64,000 nucleotides of DNA from an uncultured Candidatus Saccharibacteria bacterium (GTDB lineage: Bacteria; Patescibacteriota; Minisyncoccia; JACPXH01). Below are positions 30,640-39,557 of this stretch, one piece after another. Under the pieces are notes generated by a model that saw only the letters and a list, made by a program, of their open reading frames with translations, was not told where the DNA came from and made no database searches. The stretch covers positions 413 to 64,412 of the forward strand of contig CAYPCM010000002.1 in the NCBI GenBank assembly GCA_964409225.1, written 5' to 3'. The position numbers and the translations under genes were made by a program. Within the stretch, counting starts at the first letter, position 1. Each line of letters begins with the position of its first letter.

Positions 30640-30709
30640 AAGGAAACTTCTCGACTCGTCTCTCTCCGCCAGCCGGCGGATCGAGACTCGCTCGAAGAAT
30701 AATGCCTCA

Positions 30710-32731
30710 TTATCGGGTAATCGCCGCGCCGGTCCGATAAAAATTACGCTCCGCCGTGTTGATGTCAAAAATCGCCTCGGCTCGCCGACCAGACGAAAAA
30801 AACTGCCCGGCCGTCATCTGAAGCCACCGCTTGCGGCCGGTTGAATCAATCTCGTAGACGCGCGTGTCGCCGACAGCGCGAATCAAGCGGCTTTCGGCGT
30901 AACGATTCAAAATATCCGCCTCAACCTCAATCACTTTTTCAAACCCGAGATGCCGATAAAACGAAAATATCTTGGCCGAAGTGATGTGCCGCCTGAAGCC
31001 GGCTTTAACGATCCACACCTTAAAGTCGCCGCGCGTCCGTATTAAAGCGCCGTCTGGAATTGTCACTATCGTTTGGGGGGCCGCCTGCGCCGGCGGTGGC
31101 GCCACCGAAACAACCGGAGGAGAGTTGGCAGAAGCAGCGTTTATGTTCACGCTGTCGGTTTTCACGACGGTCGCGCCGCTAGGACCCACAATTTCAATCG
31201 CGACGAGCCCCGAAAGCCCCGCCGGCACCGTGGCTTCAAGAGCGGTGCCTGACGTTACCACCACGCGATTTGTTTCGAGGCCGTTGAAAAACACGCGGCT
31301 GCCTGGCTGGAAGTTGCGGCCCTCAATACTAAGAATCGTCCCGGTACTGGCCTCAAAGGGCCTCACTGTAGTAATTGTCGGCAATTCAACATTGACCATC
31401 TGCGCTGTCAGCGTAAATTGCGCCTGCGGCTCTTTGTCCGTAAAACCGACTGTTTTTAACGTATCAAACGCAATCACCTGCACTGATCGCGCCGCGCTGC
31501 CAAGGTCTGGCACAATCAGAGAGCCAACTTCGTCTTTCATTCTGACGGGCTTGATGTCATACCTTCCGTCTGCTTGCTCAATCACTGCCACCACCCGGAA
31601 GAGCGATCCGGTCGGCGCCGCACCCCGAAAGGAAAGCTGCAACGCCCCGCCGCCCCCCACGAAACGGTACGTCCACGCCGCCCAGGGTGCTGTGCCCTGT
31701 GAAATCGCTGCGGTCTGGCCCGAACCAAGAGCGAAAGACGCGTTTGGCGAAATTCGCATCGCGCGCAGATCTTGCTGTTTATACGCATAACGGCCCGAAC
31801 CGGCTGAGGGGCTGTTGATAACGTTAGCGATGGCCCAGTTTTGGAACACATCGGCAAATTTTTCAGCGCTGCCAACCTGTCCGAGCGCTTCTTCTATGCT
31901 GGGAATCCCTGCTTTCGACGACGCGAGTGCGAGGCGCAAAACGCCCTCGCCGTAATGGTCGGCCAGATACTGCGCAAACATCATTACGATCCCGTAGTCC
32001 TCTGATTGATTAGCCCATTCGGTGAGCGAATCATTCGGTTTTTTCAAAAATCCCTGCACGCGCGACTGCAAGTTCGAACCCTCAAAAGGAGTGTTATAGC
32101 CCACGAGCGTCGTTGCGTATTCGCTGCGCAGTTCATTCAGCCACACCTCGTCGGCGCGGTTGAGCCGCAATTCTTTCTGATTCGAAGAAATCAAATGCTG
32201 GAATTCATGCGCGAGGAAGCTCTTCGAACGACCTATGGTTACGTGGCGCGCATTCAGGTTGATCAGTTCCCGTTCGTTCGATTCCGGATCGCGCGATCGG
32301 GAAAACAGATCATTCGGGTTAAAGTACCCGCCCGCGCTTTGGTTGAGATTTTCGAGGAGCACGTGGATGCGCGGATCTGCGTCAAGGCCGGGATTGGGCT
32401 CTGATCCGAAAAATGCGCGCTCGCGGGGCGCAATAGTGTTGTCGAACTCCTGAACCAAAGTGTTGAGCGCTTGTTGATACGTCTGCTGCTCGTTACCCGA
32501 AAGATTCATCCAGTACCGATCGTCCACCCAGAAATACACATTGTTGCCCACTGCCCGGAGCGTGGCGGTGAGGGACGTGCGCTTATCCGCATCAAAGCTC
32601 GAATCCACGCTGAAGGTCTGTGTGGCGCCGAGATCAAGAGCGAAGCCAGCGGCCGGCACCGTGAGAACAAAAAAGAGCCCGAGGGAGAGGGCCGTGCCGA
32701 TAAATACTTTCGAGCTGCGCCGTCGAAGCAT
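30710..32731 (-). CDS. secreted zinc-metallopeptidase-like protein with C-terminal IPT/TIG-like domain
   Basis: signal peptide, HExxH motif AHEFQHL, IPT-like repeat TILSIEGRNFQPGSRVFFNG...VTSGTALEATVP. Confidence 0.7.
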   Translation of the reverse strand: MLRRRSSKVFIGTALSLGLFFVLTVPAAGFALDLGATQTFSVDSSFDADKRTSLTATLRAVGNNVYFWVDDRYWMNLSGNEQQTYQQALNTLVQEFDNTIAPRERAFFGSEPNPGLDADPRIHVLLENLNQSAGGYFNPNDLFSRSRDPESNERELINLNARHVTIGRSKSFLAHEFQHLISSNQKELRLNRADEVWLNELRSEYATTLVGYNTPFEGSNLQSRVQGFLKKPNDSLTEWANQSEDYGIVMMFAQYLADHYGEGVLRLALASSKAGIPSIEEALGQVGSAEKFADVFQNWAIANVINSPSAGSGRYAYKQQDLRAMRISPNASFALGSGQTAAISQGTAPWAAWTYRFVGGGGALQLSFRGAAPTGSLFRVVAVIEQADGRYDIKPVRMKDEVGSLIVPDLGSAARSVQVIAFDTLKTVGFTDKEPQAQFTLTAQMVNVELPTITTVRPFEASTGTILSIEGRNFQPGSRVFFNGLETNRVVVTSGTALEATVPAGLSGLVAIEIVGPSGATVVKTDSVNINAASANSPPVVSVAPPPAQAAPQTIVTIPDGALIRTRGDFKVWIVKAGFRRHITSAKIFSFYRHLGFEKVIEVEADILNRYAESRLIRAVGDTRVYEIDSTGRKRWLQMTAGQFFSSGRRAEAIFDINTAERNFYRTGAAITR

Positions 32732-32777
32732 ATGTACATTCTACAAAAAATATCGCGGCTGATCAAGAAAAACAATT

Positions 32778-33957
32778 GGCGGAGACCCCGGAGGATCTCC
32801 GCCCTGTGCGGGAACACGCCCTGCCCAACTCGGCTGGACCAAATTTAGCCGAACCGGGCTGCGTTGGAGAATCGGCGGCGTTCGCCTGCAGGCGAACGCC
32901 GCCCTGCGCTGGACAACGCCTCACCTTGATATGCCGTGCGCTGCTTAACTCTAGCAAACGGCAGCATGCCGGGGAGACGATTCTGAATTTGGGATTCGGC
33001 GAGGCGCTGATCTGCGCCTCGCCCCGTGCGTAGGGAAACCTTGCGACATCCCGCGAAGCGATACTTCACGTAACAAGGCCCTGACGTGCTCCGCAAGGCG
33101 TTGCGGTGTGTATCCCAAGAAAGAACAGAATGTGATTGACGAAGCCTGTCATTGACAGGCTTCGTCCCGTGCAAAGTCCTGCTGGACTGGAGCTTACTAG
33201 GGCACACACCACTATACTGGAGTGAGCCACACGCCACAAAGCAATGGCGTGATTGTAAAACAGAGTTTTGGCAGAGAGCCCGCGGGCTCTCTGCCCCGTG
33301 CGAAAGCAAGGAGGAGCCGGCAGCGCGATACTTTGCTCGAGCGCACCACGCGATGCAGAACTCAACCCTGCCGTGGTTTGCGGGAGATGGCGGGGATTTT
33401 TACAAGAATCCCCGCCCCATGCCCAACTCTGCAAAACTGAACCCAGCTTGGCTAAGCTTTACAAGGCCTGGCCCCGCTCAGCTTGGCAAAACATATATAA
33501 CATCCACAACATAACTAGTCAAGCTCAAACAGCAAAGAAAGACGGGAGCCGAATCGGCTCCCGTCCCGTGCCCTGCGCTGCTATGTCGTACCACAGCTAG
33601 CTGGACAAAACTTCGCCCGACAGCACGGAGATGTGTGAACGATATTGATGAGTGGCGGGGACTCTTTCGAGCCCCCGCCCCGTGCAGAACTTCACTGGAG
33701 GTTGCTACAGACAGCTCTGCTGGGCTGCGCCTTGGAGTGTGAACAGCAAGGTTGTCCGTAGACAACGAAATCTCTGCTACCCAGAAAGTGTCGGCGAGGC
33801 GCAGGAGTGCGCCTCGCCCCGGGCTACGCGGTACCCCACGCGGCCTGACTCCGCCTCACCACACAAGGCGAAACCAAACCATGGTCGGAAGGCGAACTAG
33901 TGTGCCGGTACATTCACCAGAGTTGACAGGGGCGCCCGAAGGCGCCCCTGTCCCGTG
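32778..33957 (-). repeat. array A: ~10 tandem ~125-bp units, each = variable GC hairpin (10-16 bp stem; sequence differs, structure conserved) + invariant CCGTGC (plus-strand reading); on minus strand GCACGG-hairpin-U-tract terminators of small-RNA-like units
   Basis: hairpins at ~32778, 32874, 32998, 33138, 33270, 33389, 33541, 33654, 33792, 33924 each followed by CCGTGC (variants CTGTGC/CTGCGC/CCATGC/CCGGGC); internal TTGACT-N17-TATATA promoter at 33494-33522 on minus strand. Confidence 0.7.
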
Positions 33958-34042
33958 CTGGACCAAGCTGGGCCCGACTTGACCGAACCGAGCCCGACCC
34001 TAGACGACCAAGGGCTGGTTTGCCCAGGTGCGTGAAACGACA

Positions 34043-35836
34043 TCACCTCCTCCCCAAGAGTTTCAGCGTCTCCTCGACGCACTGATCGAACGTGAGCGTA
34101 CCGCGGTACGCCGGCTCGAGCCAGCCGGGCAGCGAACCGAACACAAACCGCCGGAACTGCTGCGAGATAAAGAACGTGACTCCTTTGTCCTCGGTACTGC
34201 GGATGTTGCGTCCGCGCACCTGCAACGCCTCGATCATCACCCGCCAGTTCCAGAGCTCCCAGAGCCGACGGCCGAAGCGCTTACCCTCAAAAACCGCCAT
34301 TGGGTCTTTGGGGTTGGGGAAGCCCGGCTTCAAGAAGAAAATGACCGGAGCCATCATCTTCGGCAGATCAACTCCTTCTCCGTACTGCGCCACGGTGCCC
34401 ACGAGCACCGTCCCCTCACCCTCCTTGAAGTTTGCGGCTGCCGCTTTCGCGGTCGTGCCATTGCCGTAGCTTGTCGCATGCACTCCTTCCTCGACGCAGA
34501 ACGCGAGGAACTTTTGGCGTTGCTTCTCGGAGACCACCACGACGAGCGACCGGTGGCCGGCTGCGCCGAACTTCACGCAGGCCCTCGCAATCCGCCGAAG
34601 CACCTTTGTCGGCTCGGCGCGGATGCACACCTTGGCTGCCAAGCTTGGCGTATCGATGGGCATAAAGATACGAGCGTTGTCAGCCGAAAACGTGGACGCA
34701 AGGCTGCAGACGGGAAAATCAATCCCCGTCTCGAACGCAAACACCTGCGGGTTGCCGATCGTCGCCGAATAGGCAACCGTTATGCGGCCAAAGAGTTTAC
34801 GGATGATGGGTGCGACATAGTACGCCCGGATGACGAGCTTGTGCCGAACCCTTTCGCGCTCCGTAAGCTCTTCCCGGTAGAAGGCATACGTGTAGTTGAG
34901 CGCATGACGCTCGCCGGTTGCAAGCGAGTAGCCGAGCGACCGGATGTACCGCCCAAGATCCAGCGCGAGCACCTCGAGCTTCTTCAGAGCCTCGCGGCGC
35001 TCTCGCGGATCAATTCGGCGATCCTTCACCGCCTGAGCAAGCTTCGTGCGGAGCGCATCCGGCTCAATCTTCACCAGCTCATCTAACAACTCCCGGATCT
35101 CCTCGGCCTCGAGCAGGGTCTCGGTCTTTGCCGGCTTCGCCCTAGCGATCCGAACCATCGTCTTCAAGAACTGCTCAAACGCAGCCGCCTCTCCTTCAGC
35201 ACCGATCTCCTCAAGGAGCTCGATGCATTTGCGCAGATGCCAGTCGGTAATCTCATAGCTCAAGAGGCTACGAATCGCGCGAGCGATCCGGTGCGCCTCA
35301 TCAATGATGAGCGCTGCCGGCTGGCGCCACTCTCTCGAGAACAGCTGCGTGAAGAGGTAGAAGGCGTAGGTGCAGACCACCATCGGCGCCTGCTTTGCCT
35401 CGTACTTTGCGCGTAGGTAAGGACACGATGGCGCACCCGGCTCAAACGTCTCGCCTGTCTGCTGATCCACACGAAAGCGGCAATCGATGAGGATCGAACA
35501 TGGAATCTCATCTGCCTTCAACCCCTCGCCCTCATAATAGAGACAGTCATACTCGCTTCGCCCGTAGGCGATCCGGAGATCCGGACACATGTGTCCCACT
35601 TGCTCGACGAGCGTCTTCGTCGGAGCAATGTAGAACAACGGTCCTTCATTGAGACGACGGTGCGCTCGCAACACGGTGTAGCCGATGTCGGTTTTGCCGG
35701 TGCCAGTCGGCGCTTCGAGCACGCAGGACCGGTGCTTTTCGGCAAAATCGAGACCCTGCTCTTGAACCGACCGCATATGTGGATGGATGTGCCGCGGAAA
35801 GCTTGCCTTCAAGTTCAGAGGCCGCTCTTCCTTCAT
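34043..35836 (-). CDS. DinG/XPD (Rad3)-family Fe-S helicase
   Basis: motif I VLEAPTGTGKT, four-Cys Fe-S cluster region (DCLYY..PCSILIDC..SCPY), DEAH box LIIDEAHRIA, helicase C-terminal motifs. Confidence 0.85.
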   Translation of the reverse strand: MKEERPLNLKASFPRHIHPHMRSVQEQGLDFAEKHRSCVLEAPTGTGKTDIGYTVLRAHRRLNEGPLFYIAPTKTLVEQVGHMCPDLRIAYGRSEYDCLYYEGEGLKADEIPCSILIDCRFRVDQQTGETFEPGAPSCPYLRAKYEAKQAPMVVCTYAFYLFTQLFSREWRQPAALIIDEAHRIARAIRSLLSYEITDWHLRKCIELLEEIGAEGEAAAFEQFLKTMVRIARAKPAKTETLLEAEEIRELLDELVKIEPDALRTKLAQAVKDRRIDPRERREALKKLEVLALDLGRYIRSLGYSLATGERHALNYTYAFYREELTERERVRHKLVIRAYYVAPIIRKLFGRITVAYSATIGNPQVFAFETGIDFPVCSLASTFSADNARIFMPIDTPSLAAKVCIRAEPTKVLRRIARACVKFGAAGHRSLVVVVSEKQRQKFLAFCVEEGVHATSYGNGTTAKAAAANFKEGEGTVLVGTVAQYGEGVDLPKMMAPVIFFLKPGFPNPKDPMAVFEGKRFGRRLWELWNWRVMIEALQVRGRNIRSTEDKGVTFFISQQFRRFVFGSLPGWLEPAYRGTLTFDQCVEETLKLLGRR

Positions 35837-35929
35837 CTCTCCTCCCTGCTCGCGTTACGCGAGACTGAACCAGGGTTGCGGTGATGGGAGCTTCTTCGTA
35901 GGAGCTCCCAGATGTCAAAGATCAACCGT

Positions 35930-35961
35930 TTTGATATATCAAAAACAGAAAACTTTGTCAA
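35930..35961 (-). promoter_or_regulatory. promoter for DinG-like gene: TTGACA-N17-(TGa)TATATC on minus strand, embedded in the lead of repeat unit 12
   Basis: reverse complement of 35933-35961 reads TTGACAaagttttctgtttttgaTATATC. Confidence 0.45.
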
Positions 35962-36263
35962 TGTTTCAAAAAAGAAACGGCGGGGATCCGGAAGGATCCC
36001 CGTCCCGCGCATCGCCACACTTAGCTCGACCCTGCGATAGTGAGCAACGGTGGACGGCGTAGTGGTACAAGTAGAAGGAACGATTATGGCGGCGGGGCTC
36101 ACCGCAGAAACTGGCGAGGTCGCCATTGGGCGACCTCGCCCTGTGCAACGCGACGCGATGCTTTACTCTGACCCGCCGAACGCCACCCTGCTGGACATTA
36201 CTTGACTCTGCAGAACCGCGTTGCTAAAAGAACAGACGGCAGGGAACCCTTTGGATCCCTGCC

Positions 36264-36374
36264 CCGTGCCACGCAGCGCCGAACCACGCCATAAGGTACC
36301 GGAGCTCGCCCTGAAGCGCCGCATCGAGCTCTGCTGTGGTCGGCTCTGTAAAATATCATTATCACAAGTAAAAC
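36264..36374 (-). ncRNA. example of one predicted small-RNA unit (~110-125 nt): promoter TTGACA-N15-TGtGATAAT (36368-36394) -> body with internal hairpin gagctcg..cgagctc -> GCACGG + terminator hairpin (unit 14) + UCUGUUCUUUU
   Basis: promoter, body and intrinsic terminator all readable on minus strand. Confidence 0.35.
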
Positions 36375-36899
36375 TACCTGTCAATGTTCAATGTTCAAAA
36401 AGAAGCGGCGGGGATCCTTCCGGATCCCCGCCCCGTGCCAAACTCTACAGAACTGAACTCAGCCTAGGCCGACTCCACTCTGAGCGGCACCGCTACGGCG
36501 AGTTAAGCTCCGCGGCCTTAGGGTAAATTTGCGAGAGCCCTGATGGGAGCTCCCGCCCGTGCTGGGCCTTAGACTACGCGACCCTGCTAAGCACCGGACA
36601 ACTCCGCAATGCGCGACCGCACTAAGAGGATATTCTACAGAAGCGATGATGGAACCCTCCAGTGGAGGGTTCCATCCCATGCGAGACCAGACGCTACTGC
36701 GCTGCACCAGACGGTAACTGGGTTAGCGTAGCAAGGCCGGGCCGCACCGGGCGGCTCCGAGAAAAGGCGGGGATCCAAACCGCGGATCCCCGCCCCATGC
36801 GCTGCTCTGCGCTGCTGAACTGGACCAAACGAAGACGAGTCACGCTGCGCCGAACCGAGTAGCCTAAACGCCGTAAGCCCCAAGGAAGAGAGCCTTGCC

Positions 36900-37607
36900 C
36901 TATGACGCCACCGCGGCCTTCGCGCGCCTGCCCTTCGCTGGCTTCTCGGTCGTGACCTCCGGTCCGCCCTCCCCGTCCTCGCCCTCACCCGTCTCGACGC
37001 CGGACTCGTCGGTGCTCTCGGCCGCGGCCTTCGGGGATTTGGTCCGCTCGAGCACCTCCCAGGTCTTGATGCGGAAGCGCCCGAAGTTGCCCTTGGTCCG
37101 GAAACTGCACAACCCGAAGCACCGTCCGGCCTCGACGAAGAGCTGCTTGGCCGACTTCTCGGACAGCAGATCCTCCTCGATCCGAATGACCACCTCGATC
37201 TCCCACTGGTTGAACTTGGGCCGGACGATCCGGCAGGCGGTGCCGTCCAAGTTGTCGCCCTTGCGCTTGTCCACAACCCAGCCAGAACCGTGGTTGATCG
37301 GGAAGAACTCCTGCTCGAGCGTGACGAGCGCGGGCAAGAACGTGAGCTTGCCGCTCGAGACCTTCCGCTTGTCGCGGAACGGGATGAACACGCCGCCCTC
37401 ACGCAGACACGCGAACAGGTTGTCCCCGGGGATGCCGAGCTGCCCTTCGGCGTTGAGGTAAAGTTTGCCCGCGGCGATCTCCTTGACCGGTCGGTCCTTA
37501 CGCACCGGCAACTTCACGCCGGTCCCGATGGAGTCCAGCACCTCCTCGGACATCGGGTCCATGAGCAGCGGCCTCGTACCCTCCAACACCACCCTGACTC
37601 GAATCAC
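36900..37607 (-). CDS. RAMP-superfamily protein, Cas7-like (Csm3/Cmr4/Csf2-like) with acidic C-terminal tail
   Basis: N-terminal beta-strand IRVRVVLEGTRPLLM, LPVRKDRP...LGIPGDNLFACLREGG (cf. Cas7 PV.RD..IPGSSLKGxLR), C-terminal glycine-rich loop FGLCSFRTKGNFGRFRI. Confidence 0.5.
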   Translation of the reverse strand: MIRVRVVLEGTRPLLMDPMSEEVLDSIGTGVKLPVRKDRPVKEIAAGKLYLNAEGQLGIPGDNLFACLREGGVFIPFRDKRKVSSGKLTFLPALVTLEQEFFPINHGSGWVVDKRKGDNLDGTACRIVRPKFNQWEIEVVIRIEEDLLSEKSAKQLFVEAGRCFGLCSFRTKGNFGRFRIKTWEVLERTKSPKAAAESTDESGVETGEGEDGEGGPEVTTEKPAKGRRAKAAVAS

Positions 37608-37639
37608 GGCTTACCTCCTGGGCTTTCTGCCCGTGAGAG

Positions 37640-38340
37640 AGTGAAAAGAACGAGCGGGAAGAGCATTCTCCCCGCCCTCCTCTGATATGATCCACATATC
37701 ATACGTTGATATACATGTCAAGAGCTTGTACAAGAAATAAAACGACGGGGACCCTAGAGGGTCCCCGTCCCGTGCGAAACAAGGATGGGCACTGCGGCGC
37801 GAAGCATTACAGCACGACACGTTACGAGGCTTCGCCGTGCGCTGTGCTCTACCCGTTACCGCCTTTTCGCTTCCCTCCGAAAAAGTTCTGACACCGACCC
37901 GTACATCACCCCCCCCCCCCGATCGTACCGGCCGTTCCCGCTCGGCTTGCACGAGAGCTCCGATGATCCGCTTGTGCTTGCCGTGCCTCGCAAACGCCTT
38001 GCTCTTGTTCCAGATTTTCTGGACCATCTTCCTACCCCCGGCGTCGGTAATGGGGATCGGCAGGTGTCCGTTCGCGAACGGACACCTGCCCCGTGCCGGA
38101 GATTGATGGGCCGGACCGGACCCTGCTGCGCTTGACTGGACCGCGGGCAACGTTGCTATGCCCGGCTTGGCATTAAGTTTACTAGCACATACGGCTTGCA
38201 CTGTCAAACGCAGATTTTTACTCCGTGGAATTAACGCATTTGCGAGCAGAGACGTCCACACAATCAAACAAGCCCGGACGCATGCGTCCGAGTTGTGATT
38301 TGACGTGCGCCGAGCTTGTATGATCCCCGTGCCGTCCCAG
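37640..38340 (-). repeat. array C: 3-4 further hairpin+CCGTGC units (gacggggaccct-aga-gggtccccgtc ~37744; 16-bp palindrome ggcaggtgtccgttcgcgaacggacacctgcc ~38059) with minus-strand promoter TTGACA-N17-TGcTAGTAA near 38205
   Basis: read directly. Confidence 0.5.
37690..37722 (-). promoter_or_regulatory. promoter for RAMP-like gene: TTGACA-N17-(TGa)TATGTG on minus strand, embedded in lead of repeat unit 21
   Basis: reverse complement of ~37693-37721. Confidence 0.4.
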
Positions 38341-38446
38341 TCGGACGGTGGCGCGGGGCGTTGAATGAAGACGGATGAAACGCGCCGGTGTTACATTTCC
38401 CTTCTCGACTTCGGGACGCTAAGCGTCCCTTCGCTCGAAGGATATG

Positions 38447-39295
38447 CTATCCACCAACCGTTTCGGCAATTTTTTGGATGACGGAGAGATTTCGCAGGTC
38501 GTCTTCGTCCGAGTCCTTCGGCGTTTCCAAAATCCAATTGACTTTACGCAGTTCAGAAAAACCCAAAAGCGCCCGAAAGCCAGCTTCCCCTATTTCGCCT
38601 TTGCCGATGTCGGCATGGCGATCTCTGTGCGAACCAAGCCCAAAAACAGAATCATTCGCGTGGACAATTTTGAGTCGCTCAAGCCCGAGATGCCGATCAA
38701 AATCCGCAAGCATGGCCTTGACCGCAGCGGGAGTGCGCACGTCGTAGCCGGAAGCGAACATATGACAGGTGTCGAGACAAACGCCGAAATCATGGCCGGA
38801 TTTCGCCATGATGTCGCCCACCTCCTCGAACGTATCGCCAATGATCGCACCCGTTCCGGCAGAAAATTCCAACAGCAGTCGGCTCTCTCCGTTCCAGCCC
38901 CGCATAATTTCGGCAAGCGACGCGGCCGCGTTCTTTCGCCCCTCGGTCTCCGGCCGATCCATGGCGCTGCCCAAATGCGTTACCACATACCCGATGCCAA
39001 GAACGTCTGCCCGCTCGAGCTCCTCGCGCACAATCCGAACTGAATTTTTCTGGATGCGCCGATTCGGGGATGCCAAGTTAATATAGTAAGGCGCGTGGAT
39101 GACGATATCTTCAGCCGCATATCCGAACTCGCGGCAACCCCGCCGAAACCCTTGAATCATCTCGTCGGTGAGTGCTTGCCGTCCCCCGCGCGGCGAACGG
39201 CTGAACAACTGAAAACACGCGCACCCCAAACGGTGCGCGTGTTCCGGGACATGCTGAATTCCGCCTGCGGCTGAAACGTGAACGCCGAACTTCAT
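38447..39295 (-). CDS. nfo: deoxyribonuclease IV (endonuclease IV, AP endonuclease family 2)
   Basis: MKFGVHVSAAGG..., HAPYYINLASPN, zinc-ligand residues of Nfo/xylose-isomerase-like TIM barrel; track N-extension to 39469 looks non-coding. Confidence 0.85.
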   Translation of the reverse strand: MKFGVHVSAAGGIQHVPEHAHRLGCACFQLFSRSPRGGRQALTDEMIQGFRRGCREFGYAAEDIVIHAPYYINLASPNRRIQKNSVRIVREELERADVLGIGYVVTHLGSAMDRPETEGRKNAAASLAEIMRGWNGESRLLLEFSAGTGAIIGDTFEEVGDIMAKSGHDFGVCLDTCHMFASGYDVRTPAAVKAMLADFDRHLGLERLKIVHANDSVFGLGSHRDRHADIGKGEIGEAGFRALLGFSELRKVNWILETPKDSDEDDLRNLSVIQKIAETVGG

Positions 39296-39557
39296 GCGCG
39301 TAACGCGTTCAGCTCTTTCGGCGTGAGCTCGACATCGCGAAGAATTTTTCGAAGCAGCCCCCTGCTTCTCTGCCGGAAAGGATCGGGAAACGCGCCATAC
39401 GCGCGATGAACCTCCGCGCTGCAAGCAGCGCGGTATCAAAGGAGACTTCTCGACTCCCCCGATGGACATCGGGGTCGCTCGAAGAATATTTATTGTTCGA
39501 GCTTATCGAGAACATTCCTATGGTAACCGCGCAGCAAGACTGCGCGGAATTATCAAG

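Larger units (their letters stand above)
35868..36800 (-). repeat. array B: ~9 further hairpin+CCGTGC units between DinG-like and RAMP-like genes
   Basis: hairpins ggcggggatcc-ggaa-ggatccccgtc (~35979), ggcgaggtcgcc-attg-ggcgacctcgcc (~36113), ggcagggaacc..ggatccctgcc (~36238), ggcggggatcc-ttcc-ggatccccgcc (~36417), ggaaccctcc-agt-ggagggttcc (~36651), ggcggggatcc..ggatccccgcc (~36766), each followed by CCGTGC/CCGCGC/CTGTGC/CCATGC. Confidence 0.65.

Noticed and set aside
33640-33690. Hammerhead-ribozyme-like TGATGAG preceding hairpin 8 (and TGATGG before hairpins 11, 17 and 18)
   Set aside because: There is no CGAAAC core or stem III after the hairpin, so the catalytic core is incomplete.
36635-37461. 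ORFs 36635..37402(-) and 36895..37461(+) overlapping the RAMP-like gene
   Set aside because: They are low-complexity (Ser/Arg/Pro) alternative frames of a real gene.
32778-38340. Interpretation of the hairpin array as a classical CRISPR array
   Set aside because: The repeats are not sequence-identical, and only the CCGTGC tail plus the structure are conserved. Spacing is about 125 bp rather than 60-70 bp. No cas1 or cas2 genes are present. The region is therefore reported as a novel repeat/sRNA-like array rather than a CRISPR array.
32778-38340. Interpretation of the hairpin array as integron attC sites, REP/BIME elements or IS200/IS605 ends
   Set aside because: There are no ORF cassettes between units. 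The integron R' core GTTRRRY is absent, and no intI or tnpA/RAYT gene is present. All units are co-oriented, whereas BIMEs alternate in orientation.
39470-39557. Search for a HicA toxin next to HicB
   Set aside because: The 88-bp gap and neighbouring ORFs do not encode a HicA-like peptide.
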